Positions 26,542-39,000 of a DNA stretch of 64,000 nucleotides are shown piece after piece (position 1 is the stretch's first letter; every line of letters starts with the position of its first letter). The notes beneath the pieces were generated by a model that saw only the letters and a program-made list of their open reading frames with translations, was not told the DNA's origin and ran no database searches. Made by a program: the position numbers and the translations under genes. Source of the stretch: Eledone cirrhosa (Eukaryota); NCBI GenBank assembly GCA_964016885.1, contig OZ024743.1:362452001-362516000 (forward strand), read 5' to 3'.

Positions 26542-28211
26542 TGTAGCGACCGTACTGGGTTGCATGAATGTAACAAAACGAGACATGGTTTGTGTAGATA
26601 ATATTTAATTAACAGATCTGGCGTTGTGTGACTAACATTACGAATACACAGCAAATTTATCGACAAACTATGAAAATACTCAGTAAAAGAAACAAACACA
26701 CACACGCACATGTGGATTTCGCGTTCAGACAGACTTTTTCTCTCACGCATCAACTAACTGTCGCATTTCACGAGATATATATATGTTTCTCGTTTCTTAC
26801 AACGAACACTTTCACCAAAAAAATAAAAAACATTTCACGATATATATATATGTTTCTCGTTTCTTACAACGAACTCTTTCAAAACAAAAAAAAAAAAGAA
26901 ATTTGATATTCTTTAAAAAACATTTCAACAGGAACATTTATTTTCGATGAACCATTGCCTTTTTTTTCATCGTTTTCTTCATCGTTCAAGTTTTTTTTCC
27001 AAAGTTCACACCAATAATTATGCTGAGTGAAGCCTTTCTTTTTAATCATTGTCACTTTCACACTTGCACCATCATTTTCTCGCGCGTTAGAAATATTATT
27101 TTTTCAACCTTGTATTGGCACGTGTAGGCAGCACAAATTCTCGACTCACAGAGATGTCTTGACTCACAGAGATAGCCGCACGCCAGAGATAACGTTTCTC
27201 GTCAAGGATTCTTCAGCCTTAAGCTATATTTTCCTATTTGCCGGTTTAAAAATTTACTACGTAAATTTGCCGTTGAAAACTGCGCATTTATTCAGAATGC
27301 TTATTTCTTTGGTCGCTGGCCTCTTGACCCTTCCAGGTCAACGCATTCTCAACATCGACCATCAACTTCGGCTGCTATTTCTAGCACTTTGCGCAACTCA
27401 TTTTTTCTAAAAAAATTTTTTTTTACTGTGAATTTAAACACCGAATACGCTCACTCAGCGAGACAACAGCAGCAGCAACAGCAACAGCAGCAGCAATACA
27501 TCAACACAGCTTCACCAACAACCAAAGCCAGAGAATTTATTTTTGCAGCACTCTTCCTGTGAGAAAATCCATTCGGAGGTTGGAAATTTCACGATATACC
27601 ACAGAACAGAAACCACCTGCATTCATTCTCTGGAACACACTTTCTTTCCTGCTGTCATGTGATTGCACACCTGTGAACTATATTTTGTACATTTGAACTT
27701 TGAGCCCTTCTCTTACTTTACTACCTTGATATCTATCATTGATTTTTGCAAACATTCTTTTGTCGTAATTTTCATGCCTGTTACAACATTCTCGCCAACT
27801 TGCTACATATTTCAATTTGATTTTTATATTCTAAAATTCTGGCGGGAGGTTATGTAGCGGTTGTCTCCCTTGTTTGGATTAACATCTAGACGGGAAGTAG
27901 AACCCTTTCTGTAACTTCCGGTCAGAGCCCTATAAAACTAACAACTTTAAGTTCTCACTCTCTCATTTGGCTCTGCCTCTCATTTGGCTCAGCCTCTCAT
28001 TTGGCCTTCCGGCGCCTGGCTGGCCTTAGCCAGGCGTCCTGTGCCAGCCGCGTTTGCCTGGCAATCAAAACGGTAACGACTAACTTTGTTTCATTCTATC
28101 ATCTATTTCTTTGACATGTCAACTATACTATCTACCATTGTTAATTAAATATTATCTACACAAACCATGTCTCGTTTTGTTACATTCATGCAACCCAGTA
28201 CGGTCGCTACA
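26542..28211 (+). mobile_element. LTR-derived element with identical 73-bp inverted termini and a 4-bp TSD (AATA)
   Basis: 26542-26614 is the exact reverse complement of 28139-28211. AATA flanks both sides. PPT-like ggcgggaggt (27841-27850) precedes a 359-bp TGTAGCG...CGCTACA LTR (27853-28211) with TATAAAA at 27931. Confidence 0.85.
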
Positions 28212-31200
28212 AATATACAAGAATTGATTATGTAACATAAATATTGACCTCAATATGTGCATGTGTGTGCATTGCATATATGGTGTACGTGTACATGTGT
28301 GTGTGTGAGCATGAGTGAGTGAGTGTATGTAAATATAAGAGAGGATGTTTTTCAGAAACTGCTGAAAACTAGTAAAATGTGGACATAAAATGAATATGAC
28401 GATGATAATGCTGGTATGGGCTGGATGTGTTGTTACAGAACTAGTCACTGCTTAAATAGAGCTACTCTCCTCCAAAACACGTCTTTGCATTTGTCACTGC
28501 TTGCTTTCTGCATTCAAATCCTGTTGTAGTCTACTTTGGGTGGTAGACATAATCTATTACCTTGTTTAACACCACTCCAATCACTTGGGTGCTTTAACAA
28601 GTATTCGAGCCAGGTCTATGGTTTAGGGACACATTTCTCCCTGGCATCAGTCTCAGAGGCCATGAAAAAGGTCATGAACACTGCCCTTCCTTCACTGATT
28701 AAAACAGACCTCACTCCTACCCCCACCCTCACCCACACAATCTGAGGTTAGAGACAGCAGTTTTTTTTTTCCCACTCTATTAATTCTGCAACCCACTGCA
28801 CTTCAGTGACCCAGAAGCATGTTTTCATTTGTATTGTTATTGGAATAACCACTTGTTCCAGTCCTAAGTCCAAACACACAGCAAAATAACATATCTTCTA
28901 TCTAGGTGAATATTTAATTATAATCATGTTTGATAAGCTTTTCACATGCCACAAGTGTGTGGTATACAGTTAGATAAATATAAGCCTCAGAATTTGATAG
29001 GTGGACAAAAGTCAATTCAGTAAAATAAAATGAAAATTAGGTAAAGACTGGAAGTATTTAAAAACTTTAATGTAGAGCTCTTAAACTACTAGAATAACAC
29101 TTGAGAAGTGGTGTAGCTTTATCTGAAATATGAATAAACATTAATCAACATCATCATCATCACCATTTTACATCTGTGTGTGTGTGTGTGTGTTATTCTT
29201 CTGTTGGTTTCATACACTAAACTACGAAAATGCTGTGGCACTGCCTTTGCAGGATTTAATCAATCATATTGACCCCAGTAATTTGTTTTAAAGTCTGCTA
29301 CTTATTTTATGAATTTCATTTTATCAAACAGCTAAGTTAAAGGAGACACAGACACACAAATCCAGTCCATTTATATATCATTGTTTTTATAAGCCCTTTT
29401 CTATGCTGGTATAGGTTAGACAGGATATTTTGAAGCAATGCCTTTCCTAACATCCACCTTTATAGTTAGTTAACTCTTACAATGTGGAAGGATACCCTAA
29501 ACCTATTCTAAAAAGTGGGATACACACAGAAAGAGGTAACTACAGAGATGTTAAGTTGATGGACCAGGTCATGAAACTAGAGACAGAATCAAGTTAGATG
29601 AGATTTATATTTTTGTCAGGTAGGCACACTACAAATGCCCTCCTCCTTGTGACACAACAGCAGAAGTACTTGGTTACAGGTGTACATGACATTTGTGGAT
29701 CTGGAGAAGGCCTTTGACAACCTCATGTTCTGTCATCTGATAGGCACTTGGGAAGCTAGGTTCAAGAGGGCCATGCAAGCAATGCAACCAGTGAGAGTTC
29801 GCAATGAGTAGAGTGATGAATATTAGGTGCATTTATTGTGTAGATCACCAATGCTAGGGAGGTTGACATATTGCTGGATGCAATTCCTATCACCAACCAC
29901 TTTAGCATGTACTGGGTACATTTATCATGTAGATCACCAACACTAGGGAGACAAACATGTCCTTTGACATGACTGAAGGGTCCTCCTGACCCTTTGTTTG
30001 GCAAACCCTCTACAGCTGAATGTCCTTCCCACTGCCAACCACTTCACAGCAGGGGCAAGGTAGCAGTTACTAGGAATGTAGGGGGGTGGGGACATTGGAT
30101 GGGTTGAAGTAGTGATGTTGAGAATAACTGTTAGGAAGTGCTAGTGGAAGGGGAGACATGGGAGTAGGTCAGATCACATTGTATGCTATGTAAATAAAAG
30201 ATGCCTATACTCTACCAATATACTGGTAACCTTTTTTAACTGTGGTTACCCCCACCCTGACACAACTCAGGAAACTACATATATATATATATACATATGT
30301 GTTTTGGGGAGGAGGTGATGCCCGAATTTCACTCACAATGCATTATTCACTATAGTATTCACTATAGTAAAATAACACTTGTCCAAAGCATCACAGACTG
30401 AACCCAAAACAACATAGTTGCTAAGTAAACTCTTCAACTATACAGGCATGCCTGTGTCTGCATGCCTGTATGTGTGTGTGCCTGTGCAGTTTTTTGTAGA
30501 TATGAAGCATAATGACGTGTAAGGTTAATACACCCATTGTGTTGTGTTTTGAACCAAAACACATACATTGCTTGCTCCAGTTTGCTTACATGAAAACAAA
30601 AAACAGTTTCCACTTGTGATTTCCAGTCAAGTAGTTAACACTTGTTGACATTTTAGCAACAGGCCAATGCTGATCAAGCAGATCCATGGTCAATGACCAG
30701 CCTGTGAAAACTGTTAATAGACCCAGAAAAGCTGTGAAATGTAGGCCCTATTTGAGACTGCTCATCAAGTATTTAATAATAAGTGCTAAATACATGATTT
30801 TTACGTAAGTTACAGATATATACATGTACATGATGCATTTACAAGTAGCAGAACAGAATAAATAGAAAAAATGTAACCTGTAGCAAGTAAGCCCCTTTAA
30901 AATTGCAAACCCATGCCAACTGACCCACCCACTGATTTGGTCTGTACAAAGTCATTTCAGTTGTGACTATCCAGCTTTTTTAGAAGTATGTAAAACTACA
31001 TTATCTAAAATGGATTTTCCTTATTTAATATAGTAGGATGTAATTTGACTGAAGTTTAACTTCTATTTCTAGCAGACTGAATAACCATATATCGATTCCC
31101 TTGTGATCTAACTGTAAAAATAAGTTCTTCAAGAAATAAAGTAATCCATCATAATACCAATGATGAGATAACAACATTACCGTTTAGATCAGCGATCTAA

Positions 31201-34200
31201 ACCTTTTAAACCATTGACCGCTTCATAGAATCCTTGCCCACCCCCTCATTATCCCCATACACGAACAAAAACAAACAAGTAAATAAACAAATCAGTAAAC
31301 AGAATATAAAATAGACAATAAGGATTAATTATATATAAACTAATGGCTGTAAAAACAAGTTGTTTTTACTGTATTATTTTATGTTTTTATTTCTTATACA
31401 AATGTCAAGTTTTGACCTCAAAGTTCAATCGAACCCTGGGTAGTGCCATCAACCACTTTGGTGACCTCTAATTTAAATTAAACACTAGTATAAAATGTTT
31501 CCAACATACACACATAGTGGTAATTCGAACCAGGTTCTGTGGTTTCACATTAATCCTAACTGTCAGCAGATCGTTAAGTACATTGGTGATTTGATGCACA
31601 CACTACATACACACGCGCGAGCACCACAGGTGAAGACATGTTGCTATCAGGAAGTTGGATGAACAAGCGAGAAGGAAAGTAGAAAAAGTAAAAGCACTCA
31701 GGAAGAGAGAATGGAGTTTGTGACAGCAAGGACAAAACAACAGCTTTTAACGAACTCATATATTTACTCTTTTATCTACTTAATGACAATGAATGACAAC
31801 TAGACAAGTAAACATTGGTTAAGAAATTGATTTAATGACAGTAGGAGACCAGGCGAGATAGAGGGGAACATTAAAACGGGAAATGCAGTTACGGAAAAAT
31901 GCATCAGTTGAATAAGATGCTTGTTGTTTAGCCCGCAAGGTCAGCCCTATTAGAGCCGATTTATGACCAAAGACATTCCGACCATGACTATCTCATCTTT
32001 CTTTTATGCAACGGATTAGACGATGCACTGTGTTATTATTTTTTCCGAGACAGTAGAGTGTAAGTAGAGAATAGATATGACTGCTATTTTTAGCATATCG
32101 AGCAACCACGCAAAATGTTCCTCGTTGAGTCGTCTTGTACTGCTGTACAAGATGATTTGCAAGAGTTTTGCTAAATCATATTTACTGTCATCGTTTTTAT
32201 AGACAATGTACTACAGGTTTTGGAAATACATGTCAGAAAGTGAACAGATAGATGCATAAATAGCAGTAATTGTTGTCAAGATCTAGGTCGGTCATATTTA
32301 AGTAGACCTATGATCAAAAGCGTTCAGCCGTGACCACCAGGTATCGTGTATCGAATACTACGTTGACAATGTTGTTTGAGACAGCTGCTATTTCCCACTG
32401 GTAAGCAACCAGGTAGAGGCTCTCTCGTTAGCTCACGTAGTGACATAAAAATAGCGATACCGTCTGCGGAAATCGAACTACGTTGAGTGGGTGTTTTCAT
32501 TCACTTTTTTTTCTCTTTTTATTCTTATATAAATTCTATTTATTTGTATGCATTCTATTGAAATAAACTCATTTATCATAACACCGACAGATACTGTGGT
32601 GTTTATGCTCCGCACAAGGATATAGCAGCGTAAGTGTAATTACTGAAATATCTTCAAATAAAACATTAAAAATCTTAAAATTCCTACGAACACATTGAAT
32701 GTGAGTTTACGTATGTCTGAACAAGTTTGTTATATTTAGATCTCGAATATAAGTGAGTGTTTTCTTAAACAAACCGGTTCCATAAATAACTATATAACGT
32801 GTGTTGTTATGACGATGTTTCCTTATATCGATATCTCTTGTTAAGATTATTTCTTTTCTTTTAACTATTTTTTCTAATTTTATAATTTACTTTACTCAAA
32901 TCAGATTATACTAAGTAGAAGTAATTTTTATGTATATATCTATTTTATTGTGGACCTGACAACAATGTTTGTCTTTGAAGAAAGATCATGAATAAAATTA
33001 TTTAACTTGTTTTATAATTACTATTGTGCTCTGTATAGCTGCATTCGTACATGAGGATAGATTCTTGATCAAAATCACGAAATATATCACTGATAAAAAA
33101 AAAATTTGCTGAATGTATACATGGAGCTCGAAATATCAGCATAATTCTTCATGTATCATAAGTGTTTGTAATTTAACATCGATATATTGCAATGTAAACA
33201 AAAGTATATGATATAAAATACAGACTGATAGTATGTTTGTATGTATGTGCACGCGTGCGTGCCTGTGTGGAATTTGTGTGAGGCCATATAGAAAGTAACA
33301 CACCAGGTGTGTAAACAGATGGCTTCAGCTACTTTGTACATCACACATTTAGGTGTGGCTAATAATCTCTAACATGGTTGCAATACCACACATTTGAAGA
33401 AGGAGTCGGTAATATACTAGTATTTTTATTATTGTTTTACCGTCTCCCGTAAGAAAGCACGACAAAATTTCTAACATAGCCATTAAAGCTCACGTTTGGG
33501 GAAGAAGAATCAGACGGTACTACTCGATGCTAGTATATTCGACTGTTATTTTAGTTTATCGAACCCGAAAGAATGAAAGATAAAGACGGCCTCGAAGAAA
33601 TTAAGACTTACGTTATGGGATATAACTTAATACTGAAAGACATTTTGTTTAGTGCTCTCCTGATTCTACAATCCAGTCCCATAAAAGTATCTTCTTTATC
33701 ATTGATGCTAAGGTGACTGATGAGAGTATATTACAGAGACAGGTTTTAAGTGTATGTGTTTTACATAAAGAGATGAAAAGGGTTCCAGTATACAAAAAGG
33801 GTCCATTAACTAGGTCTAAAGCCAATCGGAAAACACACAGCACAAAGCCACAAACTTAAGAGTAAGAATCAGTTGATTAAATCGACACCAGTGTTTAATT
33901 TTATCTAACCTAGAAGCACGAAAGACAATGTTGACCTCGGTAGAATTGGAACTTAAAACCATAACAGATGATTTATTTTAATATATAGGCAACGCCAACG
34001 CACAGCTGACGGCAGTTTACTTATTGACACAAGAAACTTACCCTAAATAGAACTCCATACATAGTAAGTGTAGAAACTTTTACATTATAAACTATTAAGT
34101 AAATGTTATTTCCATACCTTTCAAACGCATAAAATCTCATTAACGTAAAAGTGAAATGCTATAAACTGAGAATCGAAACCCAAGTCACCTTAAGATGAAA

Positions 34201-34417
34201 ATAAATATTTTTTTTCAAAAAAGTATTCAAAATATAGTAATGTATTGTCCACATGGCCCCAATAGTTACGGGCAGAACCTGGACAGACTAAAACAACAAT
34301 AGTGTGTTTAGATGGCATGGAAAGAAGGCGGAACCAACAAAAAACAATAGAGAGTAAAAAGCAAATAATACTAATAATCAACAAGAAGAAACACATCCTC
34401 TTGTTTGATATACTAAC

Positions 34418-34487
34418 CATTTTTAGGTAGACTCCGTATAACTTTGACAGCAGCATCGAATTTATCTCTAGCAGACGTAACGGACAT
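34418..34487 (-). CDS. ACBD5: ACBD5 coding exon 1 (MSVTSARDKFDAAVKVIRSLPKN/G)
   Basis: ACB-domain helix 1 motif F-x-AAVKVI-x-SLPKNG; ATG in accATG context; donor G|GTTAGT, phase 1. In-frame upstream ATGs at 34523 and 34517. Confidence 0.92.
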
Positions 34488-34523
34488 GGTTTCACTGGAA
34501 CAACTCTGACTTCTCATAGTCAT

Positions 34524-34630
34524 AAGTCTATCCACAAGCCATAGTCTGCTACTGTTTTATTTTTACTTTCTCTTTATGTTACAAATTGTGTCTAGGCGGC
34601 GCTGCGTGGTGCTTGATTAAGGGGAGGTAA
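34524..34630 (-). promoter_or_regulatory. Putative ACBD5 5' UTR / core promoter
   Basis: Directly upstream of exon 1; small GC/CpG patch (ggcggcgctgcgtgg ~34594-34609). TSS cannot be determined from sequence. Confidence 0.35.
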
Positions 34631-35936
34631 CTCTTAAATAAAAACACCTAATTATGGGAGCCTTTATTACGCAGTTGTTCGACTTGTTAGAAATAGTAAA
34701 TTAAATCTCTTTAGATCATACCTTTACTTACGTCTTTAAAAATGGAAGGACACGTTGAATAATGTAGACCGAAGAAACTAATCAAATAATCACTATGTAG
34801 TTGCTTGACCTACTAAAAATAACCAGGATGGTCACAATTGGAATAGTTTTTATCATAGGTTTGCTCATTCATGGTTATATTGCAGGTACAACTCAAAGCT
34901 TCCGTCACCCTCAGTATCTTACTGCACTAGATAATAATTCACTAAAGATATATTATGTAGTCGGAAACACTATAATAATATGAAGGCGCAAATATTTGAA
35001 ATAATATCGAATGCACTCATGGTAGACTTATAATCTGAATTAAATAGTCTGGTGGGTCATGGGGTTTTCGAATGTGCACCCGTAATCATATCCGGATAAA
35101 AAGAGGTATCGGACAATCAGTATTGTACCTACACTGTGATCTGAAAAAAGATATGTTAAAAACGTTAAATAGAGAAGGTATCCTCAGGCTGACTCGTGTG
35201 TGTGTCAGTGGCCTGGATCTCGGGAAAGGCACCTAAGCAATGGCAAGGGTGCATACTGTCACCTCTCCTGTTCATTATTTCATGAACATGATTGACATGC
35301 GGAACCGGGTTGGAAGTGATATCACGACTGGTGTGTGTAAACTAAGTCGGCTAGAATTTGTAGATGACATGGTGTTATTTAACAGAAAGTGATTTCGACT
35401 TGCACTTGATAGGTTTGATGCCGAGTACTGCATGAGACAGGTTGTACTGGGATATATATATATATATATATACATACATACATAAAGTGTAGAAAATAGT
35501 GTTTTGTTTGAAAACCTCCACAATATAAATTGTATAGTAAATGTTAAAAATATGTAGCAATGACGTTTCGATGTTACCTTGCAGTACTTTATAGCTATTT
35601 ATATGTCGACTTCCCATTAAAATATAAGCAGAAGAAACTAGATCGGGGCTGTATAATTTTTGTCGTCCTTATCAAAATGTTAACATTTACCGTCCAATTC
35701 ACATTGCGGTAGCAGACCTATCAATACTCCCTGTCCAACGGGGAGATATCTCACTTACTTTGGGTGGGTGAGAGATGTCTTCTCTTGTAAAAATTGGCAT
35801 AGTTTTCATTATGTGAAATCTCCCCATTTTGCCTCATTTCTCCTCGTTTGGGAGCTTTTTTATGGTACTCTCATTTGGTTTTTTAGAGTTTAGAAGATCA
35901 ACGGTAGCTTTCGAGCAAAGCACTATTTTCAAACAC

Positions 35937-35947
35937 AGAGAGAGAGA

Positions 35948-36035
<88 letters not shown>
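35937..36035. repeat. (GA)n microsatellite
   Basis: Read directly. Confidence 0.97.
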
Positions 36036-36037
<2 letters not shown>

Positions 36038-39000
36038 GAAAAAAACAACATTCGCACAGACTGTGATAAATAAAACAGAGTACAAACACATCGACATAAG
36101 CAACTCCAAACAAATGTTGACCGATGCAAAACAATTCATAACCTTTGAAGAAAGGGGTGGGTTTCATATAAACTCACCGTTGCAAATTAAACGAGAAACA
36201 GTTCGAAGGACAGTAACCTTCCGAACTGTTTCAAATCAAACGAAAAAACCCGGTATTCCTCAGTCAAGGTGAAATTGAAACAACCCTGAAAGAGGCTCTG
36301 CCGGATATTGATTTTATGCAGAGGGCCAGACTATATGGAAGTGTTTCGGTACTTTTTACAAGCGATGCCCTCGCACAAAAGCATTCTGTTACACCTGTCA
36401 TCACAAAAGCACACACCTATTTCTCTACTTACATGGGAAAAAGAACTCAAAAAATTAAAATAAATAATATACCACCGAACATCAACATTTGGTGGATCTT
36501 AGCAGGTTTTATAGAGCCAGAAAGTGATACAATTCTTTCGGTCAGGAAGTCAACCAGACAAAGGTGGGCAGGGACAAATTTGGAAATTCTGATACAAGTG
36601 ACACCAGAAAGAATTTCCAAAATTCCCGACAGAGTGCTGGTCGACAACCAGAACTACATCAATATCGTAACAGGGGGCAGAAAGCCACACTGTTTTCGAT
36701 GTGCAAGCACATCACACCTAAAAGCCTCCTGCCCTTTACAAACAAATCTTTAAAAAAAAGTATTTTTACCAACACCAAAACAACCACCACCACCACCACA
36801 ACAACAACAACAACAGACGAAACGAGCAAACACACCAAAACAAGCAGCCACTCAACCAACAACAACAGAAAACACAGAGACAGCACCCCTGAAGAACACA
36901 GCCCCACCCATCCCACTCCATCAAACACTACCACAAACACACACACCGAAACACCACCACCACACAACATACCCCTACACCACACTCCTGACGATGATTA
37001 TTCATCGACGGATGAAGCTGCTTCTCCTTCTTTAAGTGAAGAAGAGGGAGAGCCGCGGAAATCTAAAAAACAAAAAAAGAGACACGACAAAACCCCCAAA
37101 ATTCCAATCACTAACACCAACACACAACCACAGACACAAACAACAACACAAACAACACCACAGTCAAACATCCCCCTACCAGAAAAACCAACACCAACAC
37201 CACCCCAAACACAAGCACCCACCATAAAAAGAAAACTCCCGGACGAACAACAAACTAAAACAACACAACAAAAACACAAACAACAATACGCATACATCAA
37301 CACAAACAACAAGAGTTTGATGGAGGTCATCTCCCAAAACCCCAAGGTGGAGATGGAGGGCAAAACTTTCGTCAAAGCAGAATCGTCTCCACACCTTAAA
37401 CTTATAAGGGTTTCTATGGAAACCTATAATGACCTGAAAAATAAATTTTCACAGGACGTGGGCAACCCCTGCCAGAAACCCATCAACCGCGTCCTGTTAA
37501 AATGTTTCCCCACCCCACCCAACACCCCACCAAACACCCAAATGGAGATTGAACAACCCGATCTCCAGGAAACAAAAAGGTAAGTGCACCTTTCGTCCTT
37601 TTCTCCAACTCTTCTTCACCAACATGGCTAGTTCACGAATTGGAACCGTGAATGTGCGTGGCCTAGGGATGCCCTGGAAACAGGGCCAACTTTTAAACGA
37701 CCTTAGGTCACACGGTATGGATGTGAGAGCCATCACCGAGTCCAGGATCCACAACAGGCAGCAATTAACCCCCCATCTTCGACTACTTTGAGATCTACGC
37801 ATCTCTCTGTCAGCCAGGAGGTGGAGGGGAGTGGTTGTCATGTTTCGGAAGAACCTGGAGGTCGAAGTACGGCAAGTACCTAAACAGCATTGGAGGTGGA
37901 GCCTTCAGACTGGTGGCCGTTTATGCCCCGACCGGGCAATCTCAATCACGGCCAGACTTCTTTAAGCGTATATAGTCTTTCTGGGAACGTCTCGCTCCTT
38001 ACTTTTATTGGGGGACTGGAATGGTATCCTAGATGCACGATGGGATTATGTGGGAGCATGTCCCAGTAGAGGGGGGTGCACCAGCCTCAAAACTTTAATC
38101 AGCCAATTCCAACTGGCCGATAGGTATCGACTAGATTTCCCGACTGCACCACAGTGGACGAGGGCAAACCGCAGCGGGACATCTAGATCGTATTTAGATA
38201 GGTTCTTCATTAGAGAAAGGGACAAGGAGATGTTAAGCTGTCCACGAATGCACATGTTTGCCTATTCAGATCACAAATTAGTCGTCTGCTTAGTCAACCG
38301 TGATAGAACACATAGACAAGGACCCGGATACTGGAAGCTGAACGTGTCGTTGCCGGCACGTAAAGCTTACAGTGAACGGATAAGTAGACTAGTCAAGCAA
38401 CAGTTAACGGGAGCCATCGTCAACAATAAATAGTGGTACTCTCTCAAGAAAGCAATTAGAATAGAATCGATAGGGTTTAGCAGAGAGTTAGCCTTAGAGA
38501 AAAACAAAACAGAAAGAGAACTAGTAGCCAAGGTAGAGGAGGCAGGTACTTAGAAGTGGTAACGCGGCTAGAGTGTTAGCGTTGAAAACGGCACTGGACC
38601 AGTTCTTCGATGCGAAACACGAAGGCTGCGTGGTCAGAAGCAAAACACGTGCTCTAGGAAACGAAGGAGCGAAAGCTGTCAGCTGGGCCCGAGTGGCGGA
38701 GGCGAAAAGTCCATGATTCGTGCTACTTAACCCCAAGCAAATGTGCGCGGCCTTTCAGCAGCACTTTGCGCGACTGTTTGAGCAGAACGACGGTGAGCCG
38801 AACGGGGCAATGGACTTTAGTTCATACCTCGACGGCCTGCCGCGTCTCTCGAACACGGAACTGCGAAAGACCGATCACGGACACTGAGATACGGGACGCT
38901 CTGGGCCGCTGCGGGAAACGCAAGTCACCCGGTCTAGATAGTCTACCCTATGAGTTTTACATAGGTATACCGGACTTGTTCTCTGGCGTCCTCGAAGCCG

